A DNA stretch of 64,000 bases from Gammaproteobacteria bacterium (lineage in GTDB: Bacteria > Pseudomonadota > Gammaproteobacteria > Eutrophobiales > Eutrophobiaceae): NCBI GenBank assembly GCA_965222155.1, contig CBDCTH010000004.1:256001-320000 (forward strand), read 5' to 3'. The position numbers and the translations under genes were made by a program. The notes under the pieces are model-generated. The model saw nothing but the letters and a program-made list of their open reading frames with translations. It did not search any database and was not told where the DNA came from. Shown in pieces: positions 39,671 to 49,435 of this stretch. The number at the start of each line of letters is the position of its first letter. The stretch's first letter is position 1.

Positions 39671-40616
39671 CGGGAAACTGCCGGTCTTCCCGGATCACCT
39701 GGCGCGTTTTTACGATCATGTCAGTCATGGCGATCTCCCCGACTGGCTTGACGCTATAAACAGGCTGCCTGAGATCAGCCCTTCTTTGATCAGGCTTGAC
39801 GCGGACTCCATCCAAATCGGCACTGCGACGGATTGCAGCACATTACAACGCGCAGCCATCCGGCAACAACTGAAACGGCTGCTACCGTGGCGTAAAGGCC
39901 CTTTCAACCTGTTCGGCCTGGAAATCGACGCGGAGTGGCGTTCCGATATGAAATGGCGGCGCCTGCAGGATAAAATTACCCCGCTGTCCTGCCGTACCGT
40001 TCTGGACGTCGGCTGCGGCAACGGGTATTACGGCTGGCGTATGCTGGGAGCCGGCGCAAAACGGGTAGTCGGGACCGACCCCACGCTGCGTTATGTCATG
40101 CAACAGCGCGCCATGGCAAAATACTTGCCCGGAGAACCCTTCGACATACTACCGTTCCCGCTGGAGACCCTGGTTAACGACGCGACGACCCCTGTGTTAC
40201 CTCATGAAGAATTTGATAGCGTCTTTTCCATGGGCGTAATTTATCACCGCCGCGATCCCGTCAACCATATTCGTGATCTGCTGCGGTTCCTTCGGGCCGG
40301 TGGTGAACTGGTGCTGGAGTCCCTGGTTATTGATGAAAAATATGGCGCTGTACTGGAACCCCGCGGGCGCTACGCCAGGATGAGGAACGTCTGGTCGATC
40401 CCTTCCCTGAACACCCTGAAAGACTGGCTGTACGCGGCAGGCCTCACCTCTGTCGAAGCAGCGGATATATCCGTCACAACGCCAGCCGAGCAACGGGCCA
40501 CGGCATGGACCTTCGAGCAATCACTGTCAGACTTCCTGGACCTGCAAAACCCCCACCTCACCATTGAAGGCTACCCGGCCCCGCAACGGGCGATCATGAT
40601 CTGCAGCAGGAACTAA
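39660..40616 (+). CDS. cmoB: tRNA U34 carboxymethyltransferase
   Basis: PWRKGPF, IDAEWRSDMKW, VLDVGCGNGY, FSMGVIYHRR, YARMRNVW, TIEGYPAP; GTG start 39660. Confidence 0.92.
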   Translation: MNPDGKLPVFPDHLARFYDHVSHGDLPDWLDAINRLPEISPSLIRLDADSIQIGTATDCSTLQRAAIRQQLKRLLPWRKGPFNLFGLEIDAEWRSDMKWRRLQDKITPLSCRTVLDVGCGNGYYGWRMLGAGAKRVVGTDPTLRYVMQQRAMAKYLPGEPFDILPFPLETLVNDATTPVLPHEEFDSVFSMGVIYHRRDPVNHIRDLLRFLRAGGELVLESLVIDEKYGAVLEPRGRYARMRNVWSIPSLNTLKDWLYAAGLTSVEAADISVTTPAEQRATAWTFEQSLSDFLDLQNPHLTIEGYPAPQRAIMICSRN

Positions 40617-40680
40617 TCAAAGTTATGTACTGAATGAAAGTGGCTGCTTGAAATAAGTATCAATAATGCTATCATGAGAC

Positions 40681-40935
40681 ATGGATGAGGTAGTAAAAAT
40701 ACTTGGACAAATGGAGGCGAACCCGAATGGGATTCGGTATAGCGAGCTTCAGAAAGTTTGTGGTCATTATTTTGGGAAGCCGCGCCAAAGCAACAGTAGC
40801 CATTGTATCTATAAGACCCCTTGGCCTGGCAACCCACGGGTAAACATACAAAACCATAAAGGCAAAGCTAAAGCTTATCAGGTCAGGCAAGTATTACGTG
40901 CCATAAAGAAACTGGAGACAAATCGTGGAACATGA
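40681..40935 (+). CDS. hicA: HicA-like toxin
   Basis: SSHCIYKTPWPGNPRVNIQ, KAKAYQVRQV; upstream of hicB. Confidence 0.82.
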   Translation: MDEVVKILGQMEANPNGIRYSELQKVCGHYFGKPRQSNSSHCIYKTPWPGNPRVNIQNHKGKAKAYQVRQVLRAIKKLETNRGT

Positions 40936-41254
40936 AATAAATAAATATACTTATCGGATTACTTGGTCTGAAGGTGATCAGGAGTTCGTAGGCTTATGCG
41001 CCGAGTTCCCCGGCCTTAGTTGGCTGGCGCCAGATCCCGACGATGCCTTAAAGGGTATCCGTTCAGTAGTCAAGGAATGTGTTGAGGATATGGCTCAGTC
41101 CGGGGAGGGTATCCCTGTTCCGATTTCCACCAGGCAATATAGCGGGAAATTCATAGTCCGCGTTCCACCGGAAGTGCATCGCCATCTTGCCACCGAAGCT
41201 GCTGAATCCGGCGTAAGTTTAAACCGAATCATCAGCGCGAAGCTGGCAAATTAA
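40925..41254 (+). CDS. hicB: HicB antitoxin with RHH domain
   Basis: YTYRITWS, GLCAEFPGLSWLA, YSGKFIVRVPPEVHRHLA, GVSLN. Confidence 0.88.
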   Translation: MEHEINKYTYRITWSEGDQEFVGLCAEFPGLSWLAPDPDDALKGIRSVVKECVEDMAQSGEGIPVPISTRQYSGKFIVRVPPEVHRHLATEAAESGVSLNRIISAKLAN

Positions 41255-41381
41255 TGGTGATCAGGTTCTAGCTTGACCTTGCGGGTTGTCTGATCTGTTC
41301 GGAAAATCGCTGGATTGATCGTTTAAATCTCTGCTAAAATTACCGGGATAATGATTAAAATACACCCGCAGGAGAAATAAC

Positions 41382-42041
41382 ATGCCATTACGTATTGGTG
41401 ATGAAGCACCGAACTTCACCGTCGAAACCACAGAAGGAACGATCAACTTCCACGACTGGATTGGTGACGGTTACGCCATCCTGTTTTCCCATCCCAAGGA
41501 TTTTACCCCTGTGTGCACCACGGAACTGGGTTACATGGCCGGGCTCAAGCCGGAGTTTGATAAACGCAACACCAAGGTTATCGGCCTGAGTATCGATTCA
41601 GTAGAGGATCATAATGCCTGGTTGAGCGACATAGAAGAAACCCAGGGCCATGCGGTCAATTATCCGCTGATCGGAGACACTAACCTGGCAGTGGCCAAGC
41701 TCTACGACATGATCCACCCGAACGCCAGTGGTGCGGCAAAGTCGCGCACCGCAGTGGATAACGCCACGATACGTTCCGTATTCGTCGTCGGCCCGGATAA
41801 GCTGATCAAGCTGATCATTACCTATCCGATGAGCACCGGGAGGAATTTTAATGAAGTACTCCGAGTGCTGGATTCCATCCAGTTGACCGCCAAACACAAA
41901 GTGGCCACCCCGGTCAACTGGCGCCAGGGCGAAGATGTGATCATCGTCCCCGCGGTATCGAATGAGGCTGCCAAGGAGAAATTTCCGGACGGCTGGAAGG
42001 CGCCGAAGCCCTATCTGAGAATCGTACCGCAACCCGAATAA
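41382..42041 (+). CDS. 1-Cys peroxiredoxin (Prx6)
   Basis: FSHPKDFTPVCTTELG, YPMSTGRNF, ATPVNW. Confidence 0.95.
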   Translation: MPLRIGDEAPNFTVETTEGTINFHDWIGDGYAILFSHPKDFTPVCTTELGYMAGLKPEFDKRNTKVIGLSIDSVEDHNAWLSDIEETQGHAVNYPLIGDTNLAVAKLYDMIHPNASGAAKSRTAVDNATIRSVFVVGPDKLIKLIITYPMSTGRNFNEVLRVLDSIQLTAKHKVATPVNWRQGEDVIIVPAVSNEAAKEKFPDGWKAPKPYLRIVPQPE

Positions 42042-42130
42042 TCCGTATCCCGTCTATTCGGCGCGAACCTGCCCCCTGCTTACAACTTGCAGGGGGCGCA
42101 TTCCGCATGTTTTATGCACAGGGATAACCT

Positions 42131-42519
42131 AGCCCGGATTTCTCACCAGATCGCTGGTTGCTATCGGAAACGTCAATGTGCTGTCAGTAAGTTATGGTAA
42201 AATTCTCAATATCCCGTCATTACAGACTGCGCTTGATGCGTTCATTGCATCCATCCCTGGACGCAACCCTACGGGCGGCTATCGCCGTGCAAATCGGCTG
42301 TCCTGCCGATTTGTCTTGCTTGTCTTTTTTACGCCTACGGGCACGTGCTCCCTCAACCAGACAAATCTGCCTGGAGCAGATTTGGACATCCGAAGGATGC
42401 CCGCAGGGTGTGCGTCATGGAGGGCGCACATCAACTACGGCTATGCTTTCGGTCGCAGGCACCCGCTGGCGGCAAAAATCCGGCGCGATCATCGCATCAC
42501 CTGGTGAAAAATCCGGGCT
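42131..42519. mobile_element. MITE, second copy of the AGCCCGGATTTCTCACCAG family (inverted)
   Basis: TIRs agcccggatttctcaccag / ctggtgaaaaatccgggct; shares ctacggctatgctttcggtcgcaggcacccgctg with the reverse complement of 24155-24500. Confidence 0.85.
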
Positions 42520-42546
42520 TGCCCGGCATAACGGGATTCAGACCTT

Positions 42547-43923
42547 GTGAGTCAAAAGACAGAACGTACCCGAAGGATCACTTCGGAGCCCATTGGCCCG
42601 TTGCTGGCGCGCCTGACAGGCACCATGATCCTGGGTGTCATCGCCATGATGACGCTGGGATTTGTCGACACCTGGTTTATCAGCCTGCTGGGGACAAACC
42701 AGTTGGCGGCCATCGGCTTCATTATTCCCATCTATATGATTTTTGTCAGTATTGCCCTGGGGATGGGCATGGGGATCAGTTCGATAACTTCACGGCTGAT
42801 AGGGGAGGCAAAACACGACGTAGCCGCCCGTTACGTGACGGATGCACAGATACTGGCATTATTATTTTCAATCCTTATCGCCGTCCTGGTCGGGTTTTCC
42901 ATGAACGCCATTTTTTCAGCTATGGGAGCGACGGAACAAGTGCTGCCCCACATCAGGAATTATATGTATATCCTGATTTTTGGCCTGCCCGTGATAATGA
43001 TCGCGGTTATCAGCGGGAACACTTTCCGCTCCATCGGCGCGATGAAGACCTCGGCCTTGATGTCAGCACTCATGGCATTGCTGAATCTGGCCCTCGATCC
43101 GTTGTTGATATTCGGTCTGGGTCCGTTCCCGGAAATGGGGATGAAAGGCGCAGCCGCCGCCTCTGTCATCGCCGCATCAACCGTGTGCGTCGTCGCAGTC
43201 TATGTCCTGGCGGTTCGGGAGAAGCTCCTGCTTTTTACCCTTCCGCGCCTGCGTCATATACGGGAAAACTGGGAGGAATTATTGCAAATAGCGATCCCGG
43301 CCATGCTGGCCAACATGATGACTCCGTTTGCCGCGGCCATCATGACTGCGCTGATAGCCGGCTATGGCGCCGAAGCCGTTGCCGGGTTCGGGGTCGGCGC
43401 CCGCATTGAAACCTTATGCCTGATGGTTGTTTTTGCCTTGTCCGCGACCTTGCCCATGTTTATCGGGCAAAACCTGGGAGCGGGCACGGGGGAGCGCGCT
43501 CACCGGGCATTATTCGGTTGCCTGAAATTCAGCGTAGGGTTTCAAATAGCAGTCTATATCCTGCTGATCATCCTCTCTCCGTATATCGCCCCCGCGTTCA
43601 GTGATGACGCCATGGTGATCCGGGTGATCAATACCTTCATCTACATATTACCGCTGACCTATGGCGCTCATGCCGTCGTGATCCTGGTCATGGTCTCCCT
43701 GAACGTGCTGCGGCGTCCACGGCTGGGTTTGTTCCTGATCATTATCAGGCTGATTGCTTTGTACCTGCCGCTGGCGTATATTGGCGGCCTGTATTGGGGG
43801 ATAACAGGTCTGTTCTCGGGGGCCGCTGTCGGAAACGTCATCGCCGGAGTCATTGCATACCGGGTTATCAGGAAAGTCTGTACCGCTGAGGGTGGTATGA
43901 TGCCGGCAACCGCGGCGTCCTGA
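42547..43923 (+). CDS. MATE family efflux transporter
   Basis: VDTWFISLLG, LAAIGF, LDPLLIFGLGPFPEMG, multiple TM segments. Confidence 0.92.
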   Translation: MSQKTERTRRITSEPIGPLLARLTGTMILGVIAMMTLGFVDTWFISLLGTNQLAAIGFIIPIYMIFVSIALGMGMGISSITSRLIGEAKHDVAARYVTDAQILALLFSILIAVLVGFSMNAIFSAMGATEQVLPHIRNYMYILIFGLPVIMIAVISGNTFRSIGAMKTSALMSALMALLNLALDPLLIFGLGPFPEMGMKGAAAASVIAASTVCVVAVYVLAVREKLLLFTLPRLRHIRENWEELLQIAIPAMLANMMTPFAAAIMTALIAGYGAEAVAGFGVGARIETLCLMVVFALSATLPMFIGQNLGAGTGERAHRALFGCLKFSVGFQIAVYILLIILSPYIAPAFSDDAMVIRVINTFIYILPLTYGAHAVVILVMVSLNVLRRPRLGLFLIIIRLIALYLPLAYIGGLYWGITGLFSGAAVGNVIAGVIAYRVIRKVCTAEGGMMPATAAS

Positions 43924-43969
43924 TCCGCGCTGGGAAGTGGAGTAACTATCAAATCTGAAAAACGAGGAA

Positions 43970-44632
43970 ATGAATATGAGTCGATTATATGGTGATAATC
44001 ACCGGCAGTTGCAGGAACAGTTTGAAACGCGGCGCATGGCCGACGTTATCGAGAAAGTTGCAATGGAGACGGAAGTGGTTGGCCCACACAAGGATTTTAT
44101 CGAAAGCCGCGATATGTTTTTCCTGAGCACGGTGGATCACAAAGGCAGACCTACCGTGTCCTATAAGGGCGGTGACCCGGGCTTCGTCAAGGTGGTTGAT
44201 GATACGACAGTGGTTTTTCCCAGTTATGACGGAAACGGTATGTTTCTGTCCATGGGGAATATCAAGGGCAATTTGAATATCGGCATGTTATTTATCAATT
44301 TTGAGACGCCCCACCGCTTGCGATTGCAGGGAGAAGCCACCATCCATGATGACGACCCGCTGATCGCCGCTTACAAGGAAGCGGATTTGATTGTCAGGGT
44401 CAAGGTCTCGGAGATCTTCGTAAACTGCCCGCGTTACGTGCACAAGTACCAGAAAGTCGACCCATCCAAATACGTACCCCGGACCGAATGTGATACGCCC
44501 CTGGCCGGCTGGAAGCATATCGATAAGATCCAGGAGGTCCTGCCCACGAGAGACCTGGGACGCGCGGAAAAAGAGGGTGGAATCATAACCATGGAAGAGT
44601 GGTACGAGAAGGTCGCACAAGGGGCCGGATAA
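43970..44632 (+). CDS. Pyridoxamine 5'-phosphate oxidase-like FMN-binding protein
   Basis: FFLSTVD, PTVSYKGGDPGFV, PSYDGNGMFLSMGNI, NCPRY. Confidence 0.88.
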   Translation: MNMSRLYGDNHRQLQEQFETRRMADVIEKVAMETEVVGPHKDFIESRDMFFLSTVDHKGRPTVSYKGGDPGFVKVVDDTTVVFPSYDGNGMFLSMGNIKGNLNIGMLFINFETPHRLRLQGEATIHDDDPLIAAYKEADLIVRVKVSEIFVNCPRYVHKYQKVDPSKYVPRTECDTPLAGWKHIDKIQEVLPTRDLGRAEKEGGIITMEEWYEKVAQGAG

Positions 44633-44730
44633 TTTCAAGCCCCGGATGCAGGCATAGATCGGGATGCATTGACCGTTATTCCGACGAAACTCGTCATTCC
44701 GGCGTAAGCCGGAATCCAGGGAAGTTTTTT

Positions 44731-46131
44731 CTAGAAACCTTCCGTTGACAGCGCCAGGGCCTGGCGCATCACTGCGCTTTTTGCCAGGACTTCGTTGTGT
44801 TCCAGCGCCGGGTCGCTATCGGCAACGATACCGGCCCCGGCGTGGTAGCTGTAACTGCCGTTCTCAAAGATGATGGTGCGTATCGCGATGGCCTGGTCCA
44901 TGTTGCCGTAATGGTCAAAATAACCCACCGTACCGCCGTATAACCCGCGTCGAACCGGTTCATAGCCGTTCAGCAATTCGATAGCGCGGATCTTGGGGGC
45001 GCCTACCAGGGTGCCGGCGGGAAAGGCCGCTGCAAACAGGTCAAATGCGTCCTTGCCCGCTTTGGGCCTGCCGCTGACGCCGCTGACGATGTGCATGACG
45101 TGGCTGTAGCGTTCGATGGACAGGTAAGGATCAACCTGTATGGAGCCGGTGGCTGCGATACGTCCCAGGTCGTTTCTGGCCAGGTCCACCAGCATCACAT
45201 GCTCGGCAATTTCCTTGGGGTCGTTAAGCAGGCCCCGCTCCAGGTCTCGATCTTCTTCAGCAGTGTTTCCCCGGGGACGGGTGCCGGCAATAGGTCGCAG
45301 TGCGGCCACGCCGTCCTGCAATTTAACCATGGCCTCGGGAGAGGAACCTGCAATAGTCCGCTTGCCGATCTCGATAAAGTACATATAAGGGGATGGGTTA
45401 ATCAGGCGCAACGCCCGGTAGACCGTGAACGGGTCGACCTCACACTCCCCGGAAAACCGGTTCGCCAGAACAACTTGAAAAATATCGCCGTCACGTATCT
45501 TGTGCTTGGCCTCATCGACCAGTTGCATATAGTCCTCCCGGGAAAGACTTGTCGTTGCCGCTGAACAGGTGTTCCGGCCGTTGGCAGCGGGAACAGGCCC
45601 GCGCAAGGCTGCAATCACCTCCTTGCGCAGTGACAAGCGTTCGGTCTCCGGGCCGGCATGCAGTAACGCCACACGGCGTGTCAAGTGGTCAAACACAAGC
45701 AAGGATCGTGGGGCCAGGTACGCGGCCTGGGGATGGTAATCCGTAATGGTCGTATTAATGGGAAATTGTTCAAGTTTATGGATCAGGTCAAAATCGGCAT
45801 AACCTACCAGCCCGCCCTGAAATGGAATCTCGTCTGTCTGGGGGGTCAGTTCCGGCGCGTTGCGTAATCCTTCCCGGAGTGCGGTCAATATCCCGGCGCG
45901 TCCGGGTTGTCTGATGCTGTTTACCGTCAGGCCTTGTGAGTCGAAATACAACTCCAGTGCACTGCCTAAACCCAGGAAAGAAAAACGCGCGACCTGCTCG
46001 CCTCGCTCCACACTTTCAAGCAGGAAGCGCACTCCCAGCGGCTTCAGTTTCAGGAATGCGGATACCGGCGTATCCAGGTCTGCTGCAATGTCGAATGGTG
46101 GTCTCATGGGTTCCCCTTGTTTATTCATCAC
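44731..46131 (-). CDS. trpE: Anthranilate synthase component I
   Basis: DLDTPVSAF, FLLESVE, NPSPYMY, PIAGTRPRG, KEIAEHVMLVDLARND; upstream Trp-rich leader. Confidence 0.92.
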   Translation of the reverse strand: MMNKQGEPMRPPFDIAADLDTPVSAFLKLKPLGVRFLLESVERGEQVARFSFLGLGSALELYFDSQGLTVNSIRQPGRAGILTALREGLRNAPELTPQTDEIPFQGGLVGYADFDLIHKLEQFPINTTITDYHPQAAYLAPRSLLVFDHLTRRVALLHAGPETERLSLRKEVIAALRGPVPAANGRNTCSAATTSLSREDYMQLVDEAKHKIRDGDIFQVVLANRFSGECEVDPFTVYRALRLINPSPYMYFIEIGKRTIAGSSPEAMVKLQDGVAALRPIAGTRPRGNTAEEDRDLERGLLNDPKEIAEHVMLVDLARNDLGRIAATGSIQVDPYLSIERYSHVMHIVSGVSGRPKAGKDAFDLFAAAFPAGTLVGAPKIRAIELLNGYEPVRRGLYGGTVGYFDHYGNMDQAIAIRTIIFENGSYSYHAGAGIVADSDPALEHNEVLAKSAVMRQALALSTEGF

Positions 46132-46151
46132 CCGCCGTCAGGGGAACAGGC

Positions 46152-46186
46152 AAAAAAAAACCCACCCCTGGTTCAGAGGTGGGTTT
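46152..46186 (-). terminator. trp attenuator terminator hairpin
   Basis: Minus strand aaacccacctctgaaccaggggtggg followed by T9. Confidence 0.85.
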
Positions 46187-46205
46187 GGACTTTATACAAT
46201 TGTGG

Positions 46206-46268
46206 CTAAGCCAGCATCCACCTCAGGATGTTCGGCCACCACCATTGTTTGTTATTCAGTTGCACCAT
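46206..46268 (-). CDS. trpL: trp operon leader peptide MVQLNNKQWWWPNILRWMLA
   Basis: 20-aa ORF with WWW plus a fourth W immediately upstream of the terminator and trpE. Confidence 0.88.
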   Translation of the reverse strand: MVQLNNKQWWWPNILRWMLA

Positions 46269-46335
46269 GGACACAGCATAGCGATATTTTACGGGCAGGT
46301 CAAGAATTGAATAGCGCCTGTTGAATAGCGCCGGG

Positions 46336-46851
46336 TCAACGCGTCAGCGACGTAATCAGTTCAGCGCTGTCCGGGTATTGTTCAACCAGTAACTCCCGGT
46401 CCCCGGGGATATAATCTCCATCGACATAGCCGGGCGCCATGGTAGTGCCCAGGAGCGCGAACTCACCTCCCCGGATGAGGCGTGAGCCCTGCCAGACCCC
46501 GGCGCGGACGGCAAACTGGATACATTGTCCATTCAGGATGTCGTGTCCCAGGGTGATTACTTCGCTGCTGCCGTCCTGCTTGAGCAGGAGTAATTCGACC
46601 GGGTCGCCCAGGTAGAAATGGTATATTTCGTCCGTCGGCAGCATATGCAGCGCCGAAAAGGAATCCTCATCCGGGGAAAGCAGGTAAATAATTGCGGTAG
46701 AACGCGGTTTCTGCCGCGGCTTGCCCTGTTCCGGCGCCGCCACGAGTACCGTCTCGTCCGCGCTATAGGTCTGCCTGAAGTGCCCTCCCTCAACAGGGAG
46801 TATTTCAAGGCCCAGTTCTTTGATCAGTAGTTCGGCGGTTATTTTTTTCAC
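46336..46851 (-). CDS. Cupin_5 (DUF985) protein; start likely GTG 46851
   Basis: LGLEILPVEGGHFRQTY, STAIIYLL, FSALHML, DEIYHFYLG, GTTMAPGY. Confidence 0.85.
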   Translation of the reverse strand: MKKITAELLIKELGLEILPVEGGHFRQTYSADETVLVAAPEQGKPRQKPRSTAIIYLLSPDEDSFSALHMLPTDEIYHFYLGDPVELLLLKQDGSSEVITLGHDILNGQCIQFAVRAGVWQGSRLIRGGEFALLGTTMAPGYVDGDYIPGDRELLVEQYPDSAELITSLTR

Positions 46852-47113
46852 GGTCGTTATAACTCGGAAAAACAGGAAGACAGTATACTTGTGACGCAGG
46901 TAAGAGGACAGAGCCATCTCAAAGTCAATAGACACCTCGTCCGTCATGACGATAGTGTTTTTACCTCCCTGTATCTGGGTACCGGACAATCCTTGTCCGG
47001 TATGACGAAAGTGCGGCGACTTTGAGACTACTCCGGGGAAACGGAAACAGAGCCTTTCCGATAAACATGACAACATGTAGTATAAGTTGTTCTCAAACCC
47101 AGAGGTAACAAAC

Positions 47114-47896
47114 ATGTCGGAGACACAGAATGACTTATTGAGCCTGGCAGGCAAGACCGCCGTAGTCACAGGCGGGGCGGGTGGCATAGGAACGACCATT
47201 TGCCAGGTTCTGGCGCGCGCCGGCGCACACGTCTGCATCCATTACCACTCCAGTGAGGCCGGGGCGCTTGCGCTGAAACAGCAGATTAACCGGGCGGGAG
47301 GGAGCGCATCCGCGCTGTTTGCCGATGTGACCAGTAAGGCGGATATTGAGAGATTATGTGAGGCGGTCATCGCCGAGACCGGCAGGGTGGATATATTGAT
47401 CAACAATGCCGGGGTCTATCCGTCCTCAGCGTTTCTCGATATCAGCGAAGAAGAGTACGAACTGATGATGGACGTCAACGTGCGCTCCGTGGTGTTATGC
47501 ACGCAAGCCGTTGCCGGACGCATCGCCGGGCAGGGGAGCGGCGGCGCCGTCGTCAACATCGCCTCGATAGCCGCCAGCGGCGTACTGGACATGCACAGCC
47601 ATTACTGCGCCTCCAAGAGCGCGGTCGTGATGTTTACCCGCGCCGCCGCCAGGGAGCTGGGCGAGCACAATATCCGCGTCAACGCGGTGTCACCCGGCCT
47701 TATCTGGCGTGAAGGGCTGGACAAGGCCTGGCCGGAAGGAGTCGCGCGGTACAAACAGGCTGCCGCGCTGAGCAGTGTAGGACAGGCAGAGGACGTTGCC
47801 AACGCCTGCCTGTTCCTGGTTTCCGCCGCGAGTAAATGGATAACGGGGGTCGACCTGGTCGTCGACGGTGGGGTCCTGACGGACAAACTGTTCTAA
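47114..47896 (+). CDS. Short-chain dehydrogenase/reductase
   Basis: TGGAGGIG, NNAG, YCASK, IRVNAVSPG, VDGG. Confidence 0.92.
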   Translation: MSETQNDLLSLAGKTAVVTGGAGGIGTTICQVLARAGAHVCIHYHSSEAGALALKQQINRAGGSASALFADVTSKADIERLCEAVIAETGRVDILINNAGVYPSSAFLDISEEEYELMMDVNVRSVVLCTQAVAGRIAGQGSGGAVVNIASIAASGVLDMHSHYCASKSAVVMFTRAAARELGEHNIRVNAVSPGLIWREGLDKAWPEGVARYKQAAALSSVGQAEDVANACLFLVSAASKWITGVDLVVDGGVLTDKLF

Positions 47897-47904
47897 GGTT
47901 ATCC

Positions 47905-48561
47905 TTGAAAATATCACGAAACGAAATAGCAGCGCTCATCGATCATACCTTGCTGAAACCGGAGGCAACGGCGGACATGGTGGCGCGCCTGTGCCGGGAA
48001 GCGGACGAACATGGGTTTTATGCAGTTTGCATTGCGCCCGTTTTCGTCAGGTTGGCTCGTGATCTGCTGGCCGGGTCCCTGGTCAAGGTCTGTACGGTGG
48101 TCGGTTTTCCTGCCGGCATGAACGAAACGGACGTGAAGGTCTATGAAACCCGCCGGGCAATTCAGCACGGCGCCGACGAGGTGGACATGGTCATGCATAT
48201 CGGCGCGGCAAAGGCGGGGGACTGGAAGCAGGCGGGCCTCGACGTGGAACGTGTGGTTGACAGCGCCCGGGGCCACATCGTCAAGGTAATCCTGGAGACC
48301 TGCCTGTTGAGCGATGAGGAAAAGCAACGGGCCTGCGAGGTGAGTGTCGCCGCGGGCGCCGGTTTCGTCAAGACATCCACCGGTTTCAACCGTTCCGGCG
48401 CCACCGTGGAAGATGTCAGGCTAATGCACGCCGCCGCAGGCTCGAACGCAGGCGTAAAGGCCAGTGGCGGGATCAGGGATTACGAGACCGCCTGTAAAAT
48501 GATTGAGGCAGGCGCCACCCGGCTGGGCACCAGTTCCGGAGTGGAAATAACAGGAAAATAG
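47905..48561 (+). CDS. deoC: Deoxyribose-phosphate aldolase
   Basis: IDHTLLKP, GADEVDMV, KVILET, FVKTSTGF, VKASGGIR, GATRLGTSSG. Confidence 0.95.
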   Translation: MKISRNEIAALIDHTLLKPEATADMVARLCREADEHGFYAVCIAPVFVRLARDLLAGSLVKVCTVVGFPAGMNETDVKVYETRRAIQHGADEVDMVMHIGAAKAGDWKQAGLDVERVVDSARGHIVKVILETCLLSDEEKQRACEVSVAAGAGFVKTSTGFNRSGATVEDVRLMHAAAGSNAGVKASGGIRDYETACKMIEAGATRLGTSSGVEITGK

Positions 48562-48564
48562 TGA

Positions 48565-48698
48565 CCGTCCTACCGGCGCCCAAAGCCGTCCTACCGGCGC
48601 CCAAAGCCGTCCTACCGGCGCCCAAAGCCGTCCTACCGGCGCCCAAAGCCGTCCTACCGGTGCCCAAAGCCGTCATTCCGGCGAATGCCGGAATCCAG
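48565..48698. repeat. Five tandem 21-bp units ending in a full REP palindrome
   Basis: (ccgtcctaccggcgcccaaag)x5 then ccgtcattccggcgaatgccggaatccag; between convergent deoC and deoD. Confidence 0.9.
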
Positions 48699-48716
48699 TC
48701 GATATACCAATTCCTT

Positions 48717-49433
48717 TTAATTTCTCTCAGCGACAGCAGTCTCCAGGGCTAACTCGATCATCTCGTTAAAGCTGGATTGCCTTTCTTCAACAGTCAGCCG
48801 CTCACCGGTGATGATTTGATCACTGACCGTACAGATCGCCAGAGCCTTGACGCCGAATTCTGCGGCCAGACCGTAAATGCCGGCGGTCTCCATTTCCACG
48901 CCCAGCATGTTGTATTTTTCCATCACTTCAAATACATCCTGTTCAGGCGTATAAAACAGATCAGAGGAGAAGACATTGCCCACATGAAAAACAAGCCCCC
49001 TTTGTTCAGCGATAGTGACCGCAGATTGCAATAACCGGTAATCCGCGATAGCGGCAAAATCATGATCCTTGAAACGAATGCGGTTCACTTTTGAATCGGT
49101 ACAGGCGCCCATGGCGATAACGATATCCCGCAGTTTCACCGATTTGTTTACGTTGCCGCAACTGCCGGCCCGGATCAGCCGTTTGACGCCGAACTCGTTG
49201 ATCAGTTCGGTGCAATACAGGGAACAGGAGGGAATGCCGACCCCATGACCCATGACCGACAGGGCCTGCCCTTTGTAGCTGCCGGTAAAACCCAGCATCC
49301 CCCTGACGTCGGTCACCATACGCGGGTTGTCCAGGAAGTTTTCCGCAATGAATTTTGCCCGGAGCGGATCCCCCGGCATAAGCACGGTTTCCGCGAAATC
49401 ACCGGGTTCTGCATTAATGTGTGGCGTAGCCAT
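48717..49433 (-). CDS. deoD: Purine nucleoside phosphorylase
   Basis: [34 protein letters not shown]. Confidence 0.95.
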   Translation of the reverse strand: MATPHINAEPGDFAETVLMPGDPLRAKFIAENFLDNPRMVTDVRGMLGFTGSYKGQALSVMGHGVGIPSCSLYCTELINEFGVKRLIRAGSCGNVNKSVKLRDIVIAMGACTDSKVNRIRFKDHDFAAIADYRLLQSAVTIAEQRGLVFHVGNVFSSDLFYTPEQDVFEVMEKYNMLGVEMETAGIYGLAAEFGVKALAICTVSDQIITGERLTVEERQSSFNEMIELALETAVAERN

Positions 49434-49435
49434 TA

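Noticed and set aside
42345-43409. 354-aa alternate-frame ORF over the MATE gene
   Set aside because: Starts in a MITE, has no motifs and an Arg/Pro-rich off-frame composition typical of GC-rich DNA.
46852-47238. N-terminal extension of the cupin ORF
   Set aside because: Overlaps the divergent SDR gene and a REP; the cupin domain begins at 46851.
48473-48752. ORFs with PAPKAVL / ALGAGRT repeats
   Set aside because: Open only because the 21-bp unit is a multiple of three; they overlap deoC/deoD ends.
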